Shown: piece by piece, positions 1 to 9,858 of the stretch | Position numbering within the stretch: position 1 is the stretch's first letter | Layout of the letters: each line of letters starts with the position of its first letter | Origin: Actinomycetota bacterium | GTDB taxonomy: Bacteria; Actinomycetota; Thermoleophilia; Gaiellales; Gaiellaceae | Direction of reading: 5' to 3' | DNA length: 64,000 nucleotides | Assembly: GCA_005883355.1 (NCBI GenBank) | Contig: VAXG01000010.1 | Span: 13,706-77,705 of the forward strand | The notes under the pieces: generated by a model | The model's database searches: none | The model's input: the letters and a program-made list of their open reading frames with translations, nothing else | Told to the model about the DNA's origin: nothing | Translations under genes and position numbers: made by a program

Positions 1-124
1 CTCGCTCGCCCGGTCGGAGCTCGACGCGTTCACAGGCCGAGAGGTCGAGGCCCGCATCTCCGGCGTAGGCGTGCTCGGGAACGACCGCGTTCTTCCGCAA
101 GCGTTGGATAGGCAGCTCGATCAA
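1..124 (-). CDS. dut: dUTP diphosphatase, N-terminal part (gene runs off the window start)
   Basis: Minus-strand frame from TTG at 124 reads LIELPIQRLRKNAVVPEHAYAGDAGLDLSACERVELRPGER. This resembles the dUTPase N-terminus (E. coli ..SGSAGLDLRAC..VELAPGD). The TTG overlaps the hflX stop as TTGA. Not in the ORF track because it is truncated. Confidence 0.6.
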   Translation of the reverse strand, partial: MIELPIQRLRKNAVVPEHAYAGDAGLDLSACERVELRPGER

Positions 125-1440
125 CGCGCATGCCTGACTGGCAACTCGCGCGCCTCGGCGACGAGATACGGAGCAAAGCGACGCACCTCGCGGTGTGGCA
201 GCCGCGCACGAACGTGGACACCGCGCTCCTGGTCTTCGCGCTCGTCGATCGGCGCGCCAAGTGCGTAGAGCTCGGCGAGCTTTCCACCGTCTTCATAGGG
301 AATGAAGAGATGGACGGCTTCGAAGCGATCTGCGAAGCGTTCTGCGATGCGCGCACGCAGCTTGTCGAGTCCTCTGCCCGTCAGAGCTGAGATCTGCACC
401 GCGTCGGGGAATCGATTCGCGAGCCTGCGGCGGCGCAGAGCGTCGACCGCGTCGATCTTGTTCACCACCATCTCGAGCGGCAGATCGTCGGCTCCGATCT
501 CGTGCAGCACTGCCCTGACGGCCGCTTCCTGCTCGTCGAGGCGATCGTCCGGTACAGAGGCGTCGACGATGAGGAGGATGAGGTCGGCGACGAGCGTCTC
601 CTCCAACGTCGCAGCGAATCCCTGGACGAGCTGCGTCGGCAAGCGGCGGATGAAGCCGACCGTGTCCGTGACGAGATAGCGGCGCCCGTCGTGCTCGAAC
701 GAACGCGTTGTCGGGTCCAGCGTCTCGAAGAGACGATCGTTGACGGAGACGTCTGCCTCGGTCAAGGCATTGAGCAGCGTCGACTTGCCGACGTTGGTGT
801 AGCCGGCCAGCGCGACGGTCGGCGCCTCGGAGCGTTGACGCTCCTTGCGTCGAACGTCGCGCTGCTTGCCGAGGTCCTTCAGCCGTCGGCGGAGAAGCGT
901 GACGCGGCGGCGTGCGATGCGCCGGTCTGTCTCGAGCTGCGATTCGCCGGGCCCTCGTGTCCCGACGCCCGCTCCGAGGGAGCCCATGCCGCCCCCGAGG
1001 CGCTCTAGGTGCTGCCACATGCCTCGCATGCGCGGCAGGTTGTACTCCAGCTGCGCCAACTCGACCTGGAGCTTGCCCTCGGCGCTCCTCGCGTGCTGGG
1101 CGAAGATGTCCAGGATCAGCTGTGTTCGGTCGACGACGCGCGCCTGGAGGGTGTCCTCGAGCGTTCGCTGCTGGACGGGGTCGAGCTCGTCGTCCACCAG
1201 GAGCACTTCCGCGCCGGCTTCCTCGTAGGAGCGCTTGAGCTCCTCGAGCTTCCCCTTACCGAGGTAGGTGCGGCGCTCCGGGCGCGGGCGGTGCTGGACG
1301 AGCTCGCCGATCGGCTCCACGAGCGCCGTGTCCGCGAGCTCGCGAAGCTCGGCCAGCTCACCCTCGGAATCGACTCCCTGGGCCAGCACCGCGACGATGA
1401 ACCCGCGCTCGAGCGCGGGGTCCGGCTGGCGTTGGGTCAC
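121..1440 (-). CDS. hflX: GTPase HflX
   Basis: 439-aa ORF. HflX N-domain (GKLQVELAQLEYNLPR), then G1 GYTNVGKSTLLN, G3 DTVGF and G4 NKID. Confidence 0.95.
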   Translation of the reverse strand: MTQRQPDPALERGFIVAVLAQGVDSEGELAELRELADTALVEPIGELVQHRPRPERRTYLGKGKLEELKRSYEEAGAEVLLVDDELDPVQQRTLEDTLQARVVDRTQLILDIFAQHARSAEGKLQVELAQLEYNLPRMRGMWQHLERLGGGMGSLGAGVGTRGPGESQLETDRRIARRRVTLLRRRLKDLGKQRDVRRKERQRSEAPTVALAGYTNVGKSTLLNALTEADVSVNDRLFETLDPTTRSFEHDGRRYLVTDTVGFIRRLPTQLVQGFAATLEETLVADLILLIVDASVPDDRLDEQEAAVRAVLHEIGADDLPLEMVVNKIDAVDALRRRRLANRFPDAVQISALTGRGLDKLRARIAERFADRFEAVHLFIPYEDGGKLAELYALGAPIDEREDQERGVHVRARLPHREVRRFAPYLVAEARELPVRHAR

Positions 1441-1449
1441 GGACGGATT

Positions 1450-2631
1450 ATGGCAACTCGGCAGAATCCCACCATGGCGCCGCTTTCCCTCTCCCCCGCC
1501 CTCACGGCGACCGGAACGTATCCCTTCGTGAAGCTCGAAGCGGCGAAGCGCCGGCTCGCCGCACAGGGCGTCGAGCTGATCGACTTCGGCAAGGGCGATC
1601 CCCGGGAGCCCACCGATCCGATGATCCGGCAGGCACTCGTCGAGAGCATCACGGAGATCTCGACGTATCCACTCGCGGAGGGATTGCCCGAGCTGCGATC
1701 AGCTGTCGCCGGATGGTGCTCGAGGCGTTTCGGCGTGGAGCTCGATCCCGACATCGAGATCGTTCCGACGTACGGATCGAAAGAGGCGATCTTCCTGCTC
1801 GCGCAGATCCTGATCGATCGCGACGGCGACAGGAGACTCGTCGTCACGACGCAGCCCGGCTATCCGGTGCCGGACCGCGGCGCGGCTTTTGCAGGAGCAG
1901 ACGTGCTGCAGCTGCCCCTGCTCGAGGGAAACGGCTTCCTGCCGGATCTCGACGCGGTCGGCGCCGCCACGTGGCGACAGGCGGCGATCGTGTGGATCAA
2001 CTATCCGAACAATCCGACCGGAGCCATCGCGCCGCTCGACTTTCTCGAGCGCCTCGCCGACCTCTCCGCGGAGCACGGATTCCTGCTCGCGGCGGACGAG
2101 GCGTACACAGAGCTCTGGTTCGACGTGGCGCCGCATTCCGCGCTCGAAGTGCGCACTCGGGGGAACGTCGCGGTTTTCAACACCCTCAGCAAGCGATCGT
2201 CGATGACCGGCTATCGCTCCGGGTTCGTGGCTGCGAGCCCGGATCTGATCGCCGCGCTCAAGCAGTTCAGGCCTTCGGTCGGGACCGCGCCCCAGGAGTT
2301 CGTCCAGCGCGCGTCGGTGGTCGCATGGAGTGAAGATGAGCACGTCGAGCGCACGCGCACGGCCTACCGTCGCAAGCGCGACGCGCTGCTCCCGACGCTC
2401 GCACGCAAGGGAATACGTGTGGCCGGCAGCGAGGCGACGATGTTCCTCTGGCTCGAGGTTCCCGGCGGCGAACAGTCGGACGCGTTCGCCACGCGCTTGC
2501 TCGAGCGTGGGCTCATCGTGTCGCCCGGAACCTTCTTCGGTGCGGCCGGCGAAGGCTACTGGCGCCTGGCGCTCGTTCCCACGGAGACGGAGTGCCGGCG
2601 CGCAGCCGAGATTCTCGAGGACGTCCTGTGA
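1450..2631 (+). CDS. dapC: class I pyridoxal-phosphate aminotransferase, likely N-succinyldiaminopimelate aminotransferase
   Basis: The longest ORF (from 1009) overlaps hflX. Aminotransferase-like sequence starts at ATG 1450 (MATRQNPTMAPLS). Motifs NYPNNPTG and SKRSSMTGYRSG (PLP Lys). The stop overlaps the dapD start (GTGA), which supports the DapC role. Confidence 0.75.
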   Translation: MATRQNPTMAPLSLSPALTATGTYPFVKLEAAKRRLAAQGVELIDFGKGDPREPTDPMIRQALVESITEISTYPLAEGLPELRSAVAGWCSRRFGVELDPDIEIVPTYGSKEAIFLLAQILIDRDGDRRLVVTTQPGYPVPDRGAAFAGADVLQLPLLEGNGFLPDLDAVGAATWRQAAIVWINYPNNPTGAIAPLDFLERLADLSAEHGFLLAADEAYTELWFDVAPHSALEVRTRGNVAVFNTLSKRSSMTGYRSGFVAASPDLIAALKQFRPSVGTAPQEFVQRASVVAWSEDEHVERTRTAYRRKRDALLPTLARKGIRVAGSEATMFLWLEVPGGEQSDAFATRLLERGLIVSPGTFFGAAGEGYWRLALVPTETECRRAAEILEDVL

Positions 2632-3374
2632 ATCCGGAGCGGGTCGAGGAGCTGATCGGCGCGCTCGACCGAGGCGAGCTGCGGGTCGCAGAGCCGGACG
2701 GCGATGACTGGCGGGTGAACCCCGAGGCGCAGGAGGCGATCCTCGAGTACTTCCGCCTTCGGGAGCTGCAGCCGCAGGAGGTCGGGCCCTTCGAATACCA
2801 CGACAAGATTCCACTCAAGCACGATTACGACAAGCTCGGCGTGCGGGTCGTCCCGCCCGCCGTCGCGCGCTACGGCGCCTACCTCTCGCCGGGCGTCGTG
2901 ATGATGCCGAGCTACGTCAACATCGGCGCGTGGGTCGGCCCGCGGACGATGGTGGACACCTGGGCGACGGTCGGGTCCGGCGCACAGATCGGTGCAGACG
3001 TGCATCTCGCCGGCGGTGTCGGGATCGGAGGAGTGCTCGAGCCGCCCGGTGCGCGGCCGGTCATCGTCGAAGACGGCGCGTTCATCGGCTCGCGCGCGAT
3101 CCTCACGGAAGGCGTACGTGTCGGTGCGGGCGCCGTGCTCGGGCCGAACGTGTCGTTGACGTCGTCCGTGCCGATCATCGACGTCACCGGCGACGCTCCC
3201 GTCGAGCACCGTGGTTTCGTGCCGCCCCGCGCGATCGTCGTTCCGGGCACACGACCGAAGGACTTTCCCGCCGGCACGTATCACCTCGCCTGCGCACTGA
3301 TCATCGGTTGGCGGAGCGAGGCGACGGATCTCAAGGTCAGCCTGAACGATGCTCTACGCGAGCACGGCCTCTAG
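2628..3374 (+). CDS. dapD: 2,3,4,5-tetrahydropyridine-2,6-dicarboxylate N-succinyltransferase
   Basis: Hexapeptide-repeat acyltransferase with a DapD-type N-domain (MPSYVNIGAWVG, GGVGIGGVLEP). Start set to GTG 2628, which overlaps the upstream stop. Confidence 0.88.
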   Translation: MNPERVEELIGALDRGELRVAEPDGDDWRVNPEAQEAILEYFRLRELQPQEVGPFEYHDKIPLKHDYDKLGVRVVPPAVARYGAYLSPGVVMMPSYVNIGAWVGPRTMVDTWATVGSGAQIGADVHLAGGVGIGGVLEPPGARPVIVEDGAFIGSRAILTEGVRVGAGAVLGPNVSLTSSVPIIDVTGDAPVEHRGFVPPRAIVVPGTRPKDFPAGTYHLACALIIGWRSEATDLKVSLNDALREHGL

Positions 3375-4138
3375 GGCAGCTCGACTCGGCAGATCTCCTC
3401 GGCCGGTCCCGTCAGGCGCGCATTTCCGTCCGCGTCCAGCTCGACGAGGAGGTCGCCGCCCGGAAGGTGGACCGCGACCGGGCTCTCGCACCAGCCGTTC
3501 GCCACGGCGGCTGCCGCGGCCGCAAGCGAGCTCGTTCCAGACGACAGCGTCTCGCCCGCGCCGCGTTCCCAGACGCCGACCGTCAGGTCGTGCGGGCTGT
3601 CGACGCGAACGAGTTGCACGTTGGTCCGATCGGGGAAGCGCGAGTGACGCTCGATGCGCGGGCCCAGCCGCAGCACCTCTCCTCGTTCCGGTTCGCGGCG
3701 CACGACCGCGTGAGGGTTGCCGACCGACACGGGAGTGAATTCGATTCGCTCGTCACCGAGGTCGAGCGTCTCCATCTCCCCCACCTCGACCGGTCCGACA
3801 TCGAGCGCGATGTCGCCGTCCTTGCCGACGACAGCTTCGACCTTGCGCGCTCCGATCGTGACCGCGACTCGCTCGGCGCCCGACCTGCGCGCAAGCCAGG
3901 CCGCGACGATGCGCACGCCGTTGCCGGAGAGCTCGGCGATCGAGCCGTCGGGATTCCAGATGCGGATCTCGGCCTGCGCACCGTCGGTGGACACGACCTC
4001 GAGGAGGCCGTCCGAACCGACGCCGTAGTGGTAGTCGCACAGCTCCGAAACAGCGTCCGGCGTCAGCGGTTGGGTGAGGTCAGCCTGCTCGACCAGCAGG
4101 TAATCGTTGCCCAGCGCTTGCCACTTCGACAATTTCAT
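3371..4138 (-). CDS. dapF: diaminopimelate epimerase family protein (DapF homolog with Ser at both catalytic Cys positions)
   Basis: Start ATG 4138 (MKLSKWQALGNDYLLV). DapF blocks NPDGS..GNG, VGNPH and ERGAGET are present. The canonical CGNG and ACG(S/T)G cysteines read SGNG (codon 3926-3928) and SSGT (codon 3539-3541). Lies in the miaA-dapF syntenic position. Confidence 0.8.
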   Translation of the reverse strand: MKLSKWQALGNDYLLVEQADLTQPLTPDAVSELCDYHYGVGSDGLLEVVSTDGAQAEIRIWNPDGSIAELSGNGVRIVAAWLARRSGAERVAVTIGARKVEAVVGKDGDIALDVGPVEVGEMETLDLGDERIEFTPVSVGNPHAVVRREPERGEVLRLGPRIERHSRFPDRTNVQLVRVDSPHDLTVGVWERGAGETLSSGTSSLAAAAAAVANGWCESPVAVHLPGGDLLVELDADGNARLTGPAEEICRVELP

Positions 4139-5015
4139 GTGCGATCTCGCCCACGGGACGATCGGCGTTGACGCTAACAAGGCCAGGGATGCGTCGCATC
4201 CACTTCCGTTGGTAGGCCGCATATCGCCGCGTGCGCACGACGAGTGTCGCGAACGCCTGCTCGTGCGGAAGCTCAGCGACGTCGCGGAGACCGAGCGCCT
4301 GGGCCGCGGTGGACGAGATCGGTCCGGCGAGTGCGGCCTGCACTTCGTCGACGACCCCGGCGGCGAACATCGAGCGAGCCCGCTGCTCGATTCGTTCCGT
4401 CAGGACGTCACGGGGAACGTCGAGGCCGAAGATCAACGTAGGGTGGCGCGGCTTGGACGCCCAGAGCCGGTCGGTAGCCGGCCGCAACGATGAGCCGAGC
4501 TCGGTGAGCTCGAGAGCCCGAACGATGCGGCGCCTGTCGTTGCGATGAAGCCGGGCAGCGGCGCCGGAATCGCGCTCGGCGAGGACTGCGTACGCACGCT
4601 CCGGTCCGAGACGGTCGTAGAGCTCCTCCCATTGAGCCCGCTGCTCCGCGGTCGGAGCCGGAGGGAGCTCGAGCTCCGCCACCGCTGCACGGAGATACAG
4701 ACCGGTGCCGCCGACAACGATCGGCGAACGTCCCCCCGCCAGTAGCTCGTCCACGGCCGCGTGGGCAAGTCGAGCGTACTCGGCGACCGAGCCTTCGTGG
4801 CTCAGGGGCCAGATCCCCACGAGCCGCGTCGGCCGGTCGGGCTGAGCCGTGAGGATCGGCAGGCCGCGGTACGCCTGCATCGAATCGGCGGAGACCACTT
4901 CGCCACCGAGCAGATCCGCCACGCCTTCGCCGACGGCGGTCTTGCCCGACCCGGTCGGACCGAAGATCGCGACGACGTTAGGAGGAGCTGACTGCGGAAC
5001 CGGACTTCCAGCCAA
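4080..5015 (-). CDS. miaA: tRNA dimethylallyltransferase
   Basis: TTG start. P-loop GPTGSGKT and SADSMQAYRGLPILTAQP. The 3' end overlaps the dapF start by 59 nt. Confidence 0.92.
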   Translation of the reverse strand: MAGSPVPQSAPPNVVAIFGPTGSGKTAVGEGVADLLGGEVVSADSMQAYRGLPILTAQPDRPTRLVGIWPLSHEGSVAEYARLAHAAVDELLAGGRSPIVVGGTGLYLRAAVAELELPPAPTAEQRAQWEELYDRLGPERAYAVLAERDSGAAARLHRNDRRRIVRALELTELGSSLRPATDRLWASKPRHPTLIFGLDVPRDVLTERIEQRARSMFAAGVVDEVQAALAGPISSTAAQALGLRDVAELPHEQAFATLVVRTRRYAAYQRKWMRRIPGLVSVNADRPVGEIAHEIVEVASAGQRLPAGRAG

Positions 5016-6012
5016 TCTCTGCGTCCTGCGGGAAGAGCGCGTCCGTCGGCAGCGGCCCGTCGTCTTCCGGATGTTCTGCGCGGTGCTCCTTGAACCATGA
5101 AACGGCGCGGGAGACGCCCTCGTCGAGCGCGACCGACGGTTCGTACCCGAGCAGCTCGCGCGCCTTCGTCAGATCGGCGACGTAGTGCGTGACCTCGCCG
5201 AGCAGCGACGGCGCGAGCGCGATCTTCGGCTCGACGTCGAGCTCGGCCGCGATCAATTCGGCCGCGTGGACGAGCGAGTTCCCGTGCCCATAGGCGAGAT
5301 TGATGGTCTCGTTGACGACGCGACCATCGGCGAGCGCGTCGATCCCCCGCGTGATCCCGCCGATGCAATCGTCGACGTACGTGAAGTCGAGCGTCTTCTC
5401 CTGTCCGAACACGGTCACCGGCTCGTCGCGGAGCATCGTGTGGATGAAGAGCGGCAGCACGCGCACCATGCGGGCGAGGTCGTTGTCGTAGCGCCCGTAC
5501 ACGTTCGAGAAGCGGAAGACGAGATAGCGCAGGCCGTAGCACCGCGCATAGGAGTAGACGAATGCCTCGCCCGCGATCTTGGAGGCGGAGTAGGTGGACT
5601 CCGTGTAGGCGAAGTCGGCGCTCGCCTCCTCGGAGGCGAACCTGTGCACGTCGCCGTAGACCTCACGGCTCGACGAGAAGACGATAGGGAGATTCTGCTG
5701 GCGGCAGAACTCGAGGACGTTGAAGGTCATGACGGCGTTCTCGAGTGCACGATGCGGCTGGCGCACGAGTTGATGCACCTTCGCGTGCGCGGCGAGGTGC
5801 ACGACGAGGTCGACCTCCGGGTACTCGACCCCGCCGATGCCACCCGGGAAGGACGGGTAGTGCCCGGACAGGTCCTGCAAGAGGTAACGGAAGTCGTCCG
5901 TCCAGGTGTTCAGCCGCTTGTCGACGCCGAACACGTCGTGCCCGTCGCGAAGGAGGCGCTGACAGAGGTTCGTCCCGATCTGGCCGCTGGAGCCGGTGAC
6001 GAGGACCCGCAT
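4978..6012 (-). CDS. NAD-dependent sugar epimerase/dehydratase (SDR family)
   Basis: 344 aa. Rossmann motif GSSGQIG and catalytic YSASK. Substrate cannot be assigned from sequence. Confidence 0.85.
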   Translation of the reverse strand: MRVLVTGSSGQIGTNLCQRLLRDGHDVFGVDKRLNTWTDDFRYLLQDLSGHYPSFPGGIGGVEYPEVDLVVHLAAHAKVHQLVRQPHRALENAVMTFNVLEFCRQQNLPIVFSSSREVYGDVHRFASEEASADFAYTESTYSASKIAGEAFVYSYARCYGLRYLVFRFSNVYGRYDNDLARMVRVLPLFIHTMLRDEPVTVFGQEKTLDFTYVDDCIGGITRGIDALADGRVVNETINLAYGHGNSLVHAAELIAAELDVEPKIALAPSLLGEVTHYVADLTKARELLGYEPSVALDEGVSRAVSWFKEHRAEHPEDDGPLPTDALFPQDAEIGWKSGSAVSSS

Positions 6013-7337
6013 CAGGCAGCAACCGGCACGGCCTGGACGCCGCGCAGGGTCGTCGACGTCGCGACCTCGATCCGCACGTCGACGAGATCGCCTGCGGCCG
6101 CCGCACCGGAGAAGTTCACGGTCGTGTTGCGCCGAGTGCGCCCGCGCAGCAGGTTCGGATCGGTGCGGCTGGGGCTCTCGACGAGGACTTGCTCCACCCG
6201 TCCGACGCGTTCCGCGTTGCGAACGGCGGCCACGCGCTGAACGACCTCGACGAGGCGCTCGATGCGATCGCGTTTCACCTCTTCAGGGATCTGCTCAGCC
6301 ATCGCTGCGGCCTCGGTGCCGGCGCGCGGTGAGTACACGAACGTGAAGGCGCTGTCGAATCCGACTTCCTCGACGGTCGAGATCGTCTCCAGGAAGTCGT
6401 CCTCGGTCTCACCCGGGAACCCGACGATCAGGTCTGTCGTGAGGGCGAGATCCGGGATCGCCTCCCGCAGTTCACCGACGAGCCGCAGGTAGCGCTCGCG
6501 GTTGTACGTCCTGCGCATGGCCTTCAGGATGCGGGACGAGCCGGACTGCAAAGGCAGGTGCGCATGCTCGCAGACCGCGTCGCACTCGGCCATTGCCTCG
6601 ATCACGGGCCGCCGGAAGTCCTTCGGGTGGGGGCTCGTGAACCGGATGCGCTCGATGCCGTCGACCAGGTCGCATGCTCGCAGCAGCTCGCCGAAGTCCG
6701 TGTGGATCTCAGGTGCGAGATCGCGGCCCCACGAGTTGACGTTCTGGCCGAGGAGCGTGAGCTCTCGCACGCCGTCGCCCGCGAGCCGGGTCACCTCCGC
6801 CACGACGTCGCCGGGGCGGCGGCTCACCTCGCGGCCGCGAACCGCCGGCACGATGCAGTAGGCGCACTTCGAGTTGCACCCCATCGAGATCTGCACCCAT
6901 GCCTGGAACCGTCGCTCGCGGTGCATCGGCAGCTCGCCGGCGAAGGTCCTGTCCTGCAGGCCGAATTGCCCGCGTGCGATGCCGAGCCCGCCGGCGCCCA
7001 GCCACTCGCCGAGATGAGGGATCGAGCCCGGTCCGAACGCCACGTCTACGTACGGGTAGAGGTCGAAGAGCCGCTCGCGCTGCGCCTCCGCGTAACACCC
7101 TCCGACGGCGATGACTTTGTCCGGGTCGCGTCGCTTGACCGCTGCGGCTTGCGCGAGATGCGCTGCGAACTTCTGATCGGGCTTCTCGCGAATCGTGCAC
7201 GTGTTGAAGACGAGAACGTCAGCCTCGTCCTGCGTCGTCGCCTCGCCGAGACCGAGCTCCTCGAGCATGCCCTTGATCCGCTCGCTGTCGTGAGCGTTCA
7301 TCTGGCAGCCGAAGGTCGTCACGTGGTACCGGCGCAC
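6012..7337 (-). CDS. miaB: tRNA-2-methylthio-N6-dimethylallyladenosine synthase
   Basis: Methylthiotransferase N-domain cysteines (FGCQMN, NTCTIRE, GGC), radical-SAM CNSKCAYC, and a C-terminal TRAM-like region. Confidence 0.93.
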   Translation of the reverse strand: MRRYHVTTFGCQMNAHDSERIKGMLEELGLGEATTQDEADVLVFNTCTIREKPDQKFAAHLAQAAAVKRRDPDKVIAVGGCYAEAQRERLFDLYPYVDVAFGPGSIPHLGEWLGAGGLGIARGQFGLQDRTFAGELPMHRERRFQAWVQISMGCNSKCAYCIVPAVRGREVSRRPGDVVAEVTRLAGDGVRELTLLGQNVNSWGRDLAPEIHTDFGELLRACDLVDGIERIRFTSPHPKDFRRPVIEAMAECDAVCEHAHLPLQSGSSRILKAMRRTYNRERYLRLVGELREAIPDLALTTDLIVGFPGETEDDFLETISTVEEVGFDSAFTFVYSPRAGTEAAAMAEQIPEEVKRDRIERLVEVVQRVAAVRNAERVGRVEQVLVESPSRTDPNLLRGRTRRNTTVNFSGAAAAGDLVDVRIEVATSTTLRGVQAVPVAA

Positions 7338-7345
7338 GGGCCAGA

Positions 7346-7978
7346 ATGGTACCCGTGGTCTTTCCCGACTCGACCTCCCTGTGGCTCTTCGGGCTTGCCG
7401 CTCTGGCGCTACTTGCGATTCCGGGGCCGGCCGTCCTCTACATCGTCGTCCAGAGCGCCCAGCAAGGTCGCCGCGTCGGGCTGGCCTCGGTCGCCGGGGT
7501 CCATCTCGGCACGCTCGTTCACGTCGCCGCAGCAGCCGCCGGGCTGTCCGCCGTGATCGTTGCCTCGTCGGTGGCGTTCAGCGTCGTGAAGTACGCGGGG
7601 GCCGCGTACCTCGTCTACCTCGGCGTCCGCAAGCTGCTCGGGCGAGATCCGGAGACGCCAGTCGAGCGAAAGCGTGAGCCGCTCCGGCGGGCGTTCGCGC
7701 GCGGCGCGATCGTCAACGTCCTCAATCCCAAGACGGCGCTCTTCTTCCTCGCCTTCCTGCCCCAGTTCCTCGCACCCGATCGCGGCGGCGTCTGGTCGCA
7801 GGCGCTCGTGCTCGGCTGCGCGTTCGTCGGGCTCGGCCTCGTCACCGATTCGCTCTACGCACTGGCGGCCGGAACCGTCAGCGGTCTGCTCCGCGGTCAG
7901 CGCAGCGCCGTTCGCTACGGCTCGGGCGTCGTCTTCATCGCGCTCGGCGCGACTGCCGCTTTGGCGAAACGAACGTAG
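7346..7978 (+). CDS. LysE/RhtB family amino-acid exporter
   Basis: 210 aa with about 6 hydrophobic helices and a LysE-type N-terminus ([13 protein letters not shown]). Start is only 8 bp from the divergent miaB start. Confidence 0.8.
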   Translation: MVPVVFPDSTSLWLFGLAALALLAIPGPAVLYIVVQSAQQGRRVGLASVAGVHLGTLVHVAAAAAGLSAVIVASSVAFSVVKYAGAAYLVYLGVRKLLGRDPETPVERKREPLRRAFARGAIVNVLNPKTALFFLAFLPQFLAPDRGGVWSQALVLGCAFVGLGLVTDSLYALAAGTVSGLLRGQRSAVRYGSGVVFIALGATAALAKRT

Positions 7979-7983
7979 TGTCC

Positions 7984-9597
7984 TTACGCCGCTTGATCCG
8001 GTTGGACCTGCGGCGCGGGCTCCGGCGGCGCGAGTGAGTCGTGGTGGCCGCCGCCGTTTGCGACGTTCCGCGCGACGTCGATGGCTCGACTCTCGCGGAT
8101 GACCGTCACCTTCACTTGCCCGGGGTACTCGAGCTGGTCTTCGATCTCGCGTGCGATCTCGTGCGAGAGGAGCACAGCCGCGTCGTCGTCGACTTCGCCG
8201 GGCTTGACGATCACCCTGATCTCGCGTCCCGCCTGCAGTGCGTAGACCTTCTCGACTCCCGGCTTCTGGGCCGCCAGCTCTTCGAGCGATTCGAGCCGCT
8301 TGATGTAGTGCTCGAGGCTCTCTCCGCGTGCGCCGGGCCGTGACGCCGAGATCGCGTCCGCCGAGATCAGCAGCACCGCTTCGACCGTCTGTGGCTCGAC
8401 CTCGTAGTGGTGCGCCTCGATCGCGTGGACAACGTGCTGCGACTCGCCGTACCGTCGTGCAAGCTGGGCTGAGATCGATGCATGCGAACCTTCGATCTCG
8501 TGTGTCATCGCCTTGCCGAGGTCGTGCAGCAGGGCGGCACGCTTCGTCACCTTCACGCTAGCGCCGACCTCCGCCGCCATGATGCCCGCAAGGTGGACGA
8601 CCTCGAGCGTGTGCTTGAGGACGTTCTGGCCGTAGCTGGTGCGATAGCGGAGCCGCCCGAGGATCTTGACGAGCTCCTCGTGGAACTCTCCGCAGTTGGC
8701 CTCGAAGACGCCCTGCTCTCCGGCCTGCACGATCGCGTCCTCGATCTCCGCCTTCGATGCGTAGTAGGTGTCCTCGATGCGGGCCGGATGAATCCGTCCG
8801 TCCTCGATCAGCTTCGTGAGCGTGAGTCTCGCGACCTCGCGCCGGATGCCGTCGAACGAAGACAGAACAACCGCCTGTGGCGTGTCGTCGATGATGAAAT
8901 CGACGCCCGTTAGATGCTCGAGGGAACGGATGTTGCGTCCCTCCCGGCCGATGATGCGGCCCTTCATGTCGTCCGAAGGAAGCTCGACGACGGAAACGGT
9001 CGTCTCGGCGGCGTGACTCGCCGCGACTCGCTGGAGAGCGTCCGCGACCAGATTGCGCGCTCGTCGCTTCGCCTCGGTGCGTGCCTCCTCCTCGAGCTGC
9101 CGCACACGCCGCGCGAGCTCGTGCCGGACGAGGTCCTCCGAGCGTTCCAGGAGGCTGAGCTTTGCCTCGTTGACAGTCATTCCCGAGATCCGCTCGAGCT
9201 CGGCGAACTGCTGCTCGCGGGCGTCCTTGTGTTCGTCCTGGAGCTGGCGAAGGTGCGTTTCACGATCGGCGAGCCCTTGCTCACGCCGCGCCATCTCCGT
9301 CAGCTTTCCGTCGATCTCCTCTTCCTTCGCGAGCACGCGTTCCTCGACCTTGACGATCCTGCCTCGGTGCTCTGCGACTTCCTGGTCGATCTCCGCCCGC
9401 AGCTTGACCGCCTCCTCGCGGGCGGTGATCTGCGCCTCCCTCCGCAAGGTCTCCGCTTCGCGCTGGGCGTCGTCGATCAGTTGCTTGCGTTGATGCTGGG
9501 CTGCCCCGAGGCGCGACTTGCCGAGCGCGCCCACCGCGACTGCCCCTCCGAATCCCCCTGCGACGAGGCCGATCAGAATCCCGATGGCGACCTGCAT
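7984..9597 (-). CDS. rny: ribonuclease Y
   Basis: N-terminal TM helix, long charged coiled coil, KH domain (GRIIGREGRNIRSLE) and HD domain (LLHDLGK). Start set to ATG 9597 (MQVAIGILIG), with AGGAG 9 nt upstream. Confidence 0.92.
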   Translation of the reverse strand: MQVAIGILIGLVAGGFGGAVAVGALGKSRLGAAQHQRKQLIDDAQREAETLRREAQITAREEAVKLRAEIDQEVAEHRGRIVKVEERVLAKEEEIDGKLTEMARREQGLADRETHLRQLQDEHKDAREQQFAELERISGMTVNEAKLSLLERSEDLVRHELARRVRQLEEEARTEAKRRARNLVADALQRVAASHAAETTVSVVELPSDDMKGRIIGREGRNIRSLEHLTGVDFIIDDTPQAVVLSSFDGIRREVARLTLTKLIEDGRIHPARIEDTYYASKAEIEDAIVQAGEQGVFEANCGEFHEELVKILGRLRYRTSYGQNVLKHTLEVVHLAGIMAAEVGASVKVTKRAALLHDLGKAMTHEIEGSHASISAQLARRYGESQHVVHAIEAHHYEVEPQTVEAVLLISADAISASRPGARGESLEHYIKRLESLEELAAQKPGVEKVYALQAGREIRVIVKPGEVDDDAAVLLSHEIAREIEDQLEYPGQVKVTVIRESRAIDVARNVANGGGHHDSLAPPEPAPQVQPDQAA

Positions 9598-9858
9598 TTG
9601 GCTCAGCTCCTGGGTCGGTTGTCCGCGGTTGTCAACCGCGGCGCCCACCCGGCAGTCCGGCCGGCACGGGAGATCCCGAATCGGTGAAACGAGCCGACAC
9701 CGCGGCTCGGAAAGCGGTCGCCTAGATCGCCGCTGTCAAGAGCCTTTCGGTGTCTGACTGGTAGGAGGTTGACATGATTTTCGTAAGTGCAGCAGCGATT
9801 CGGAAAACGTTCCTGTGCAGGCAAAACGTCGGATGATGCATCTGCATCCTAGCGCCGT

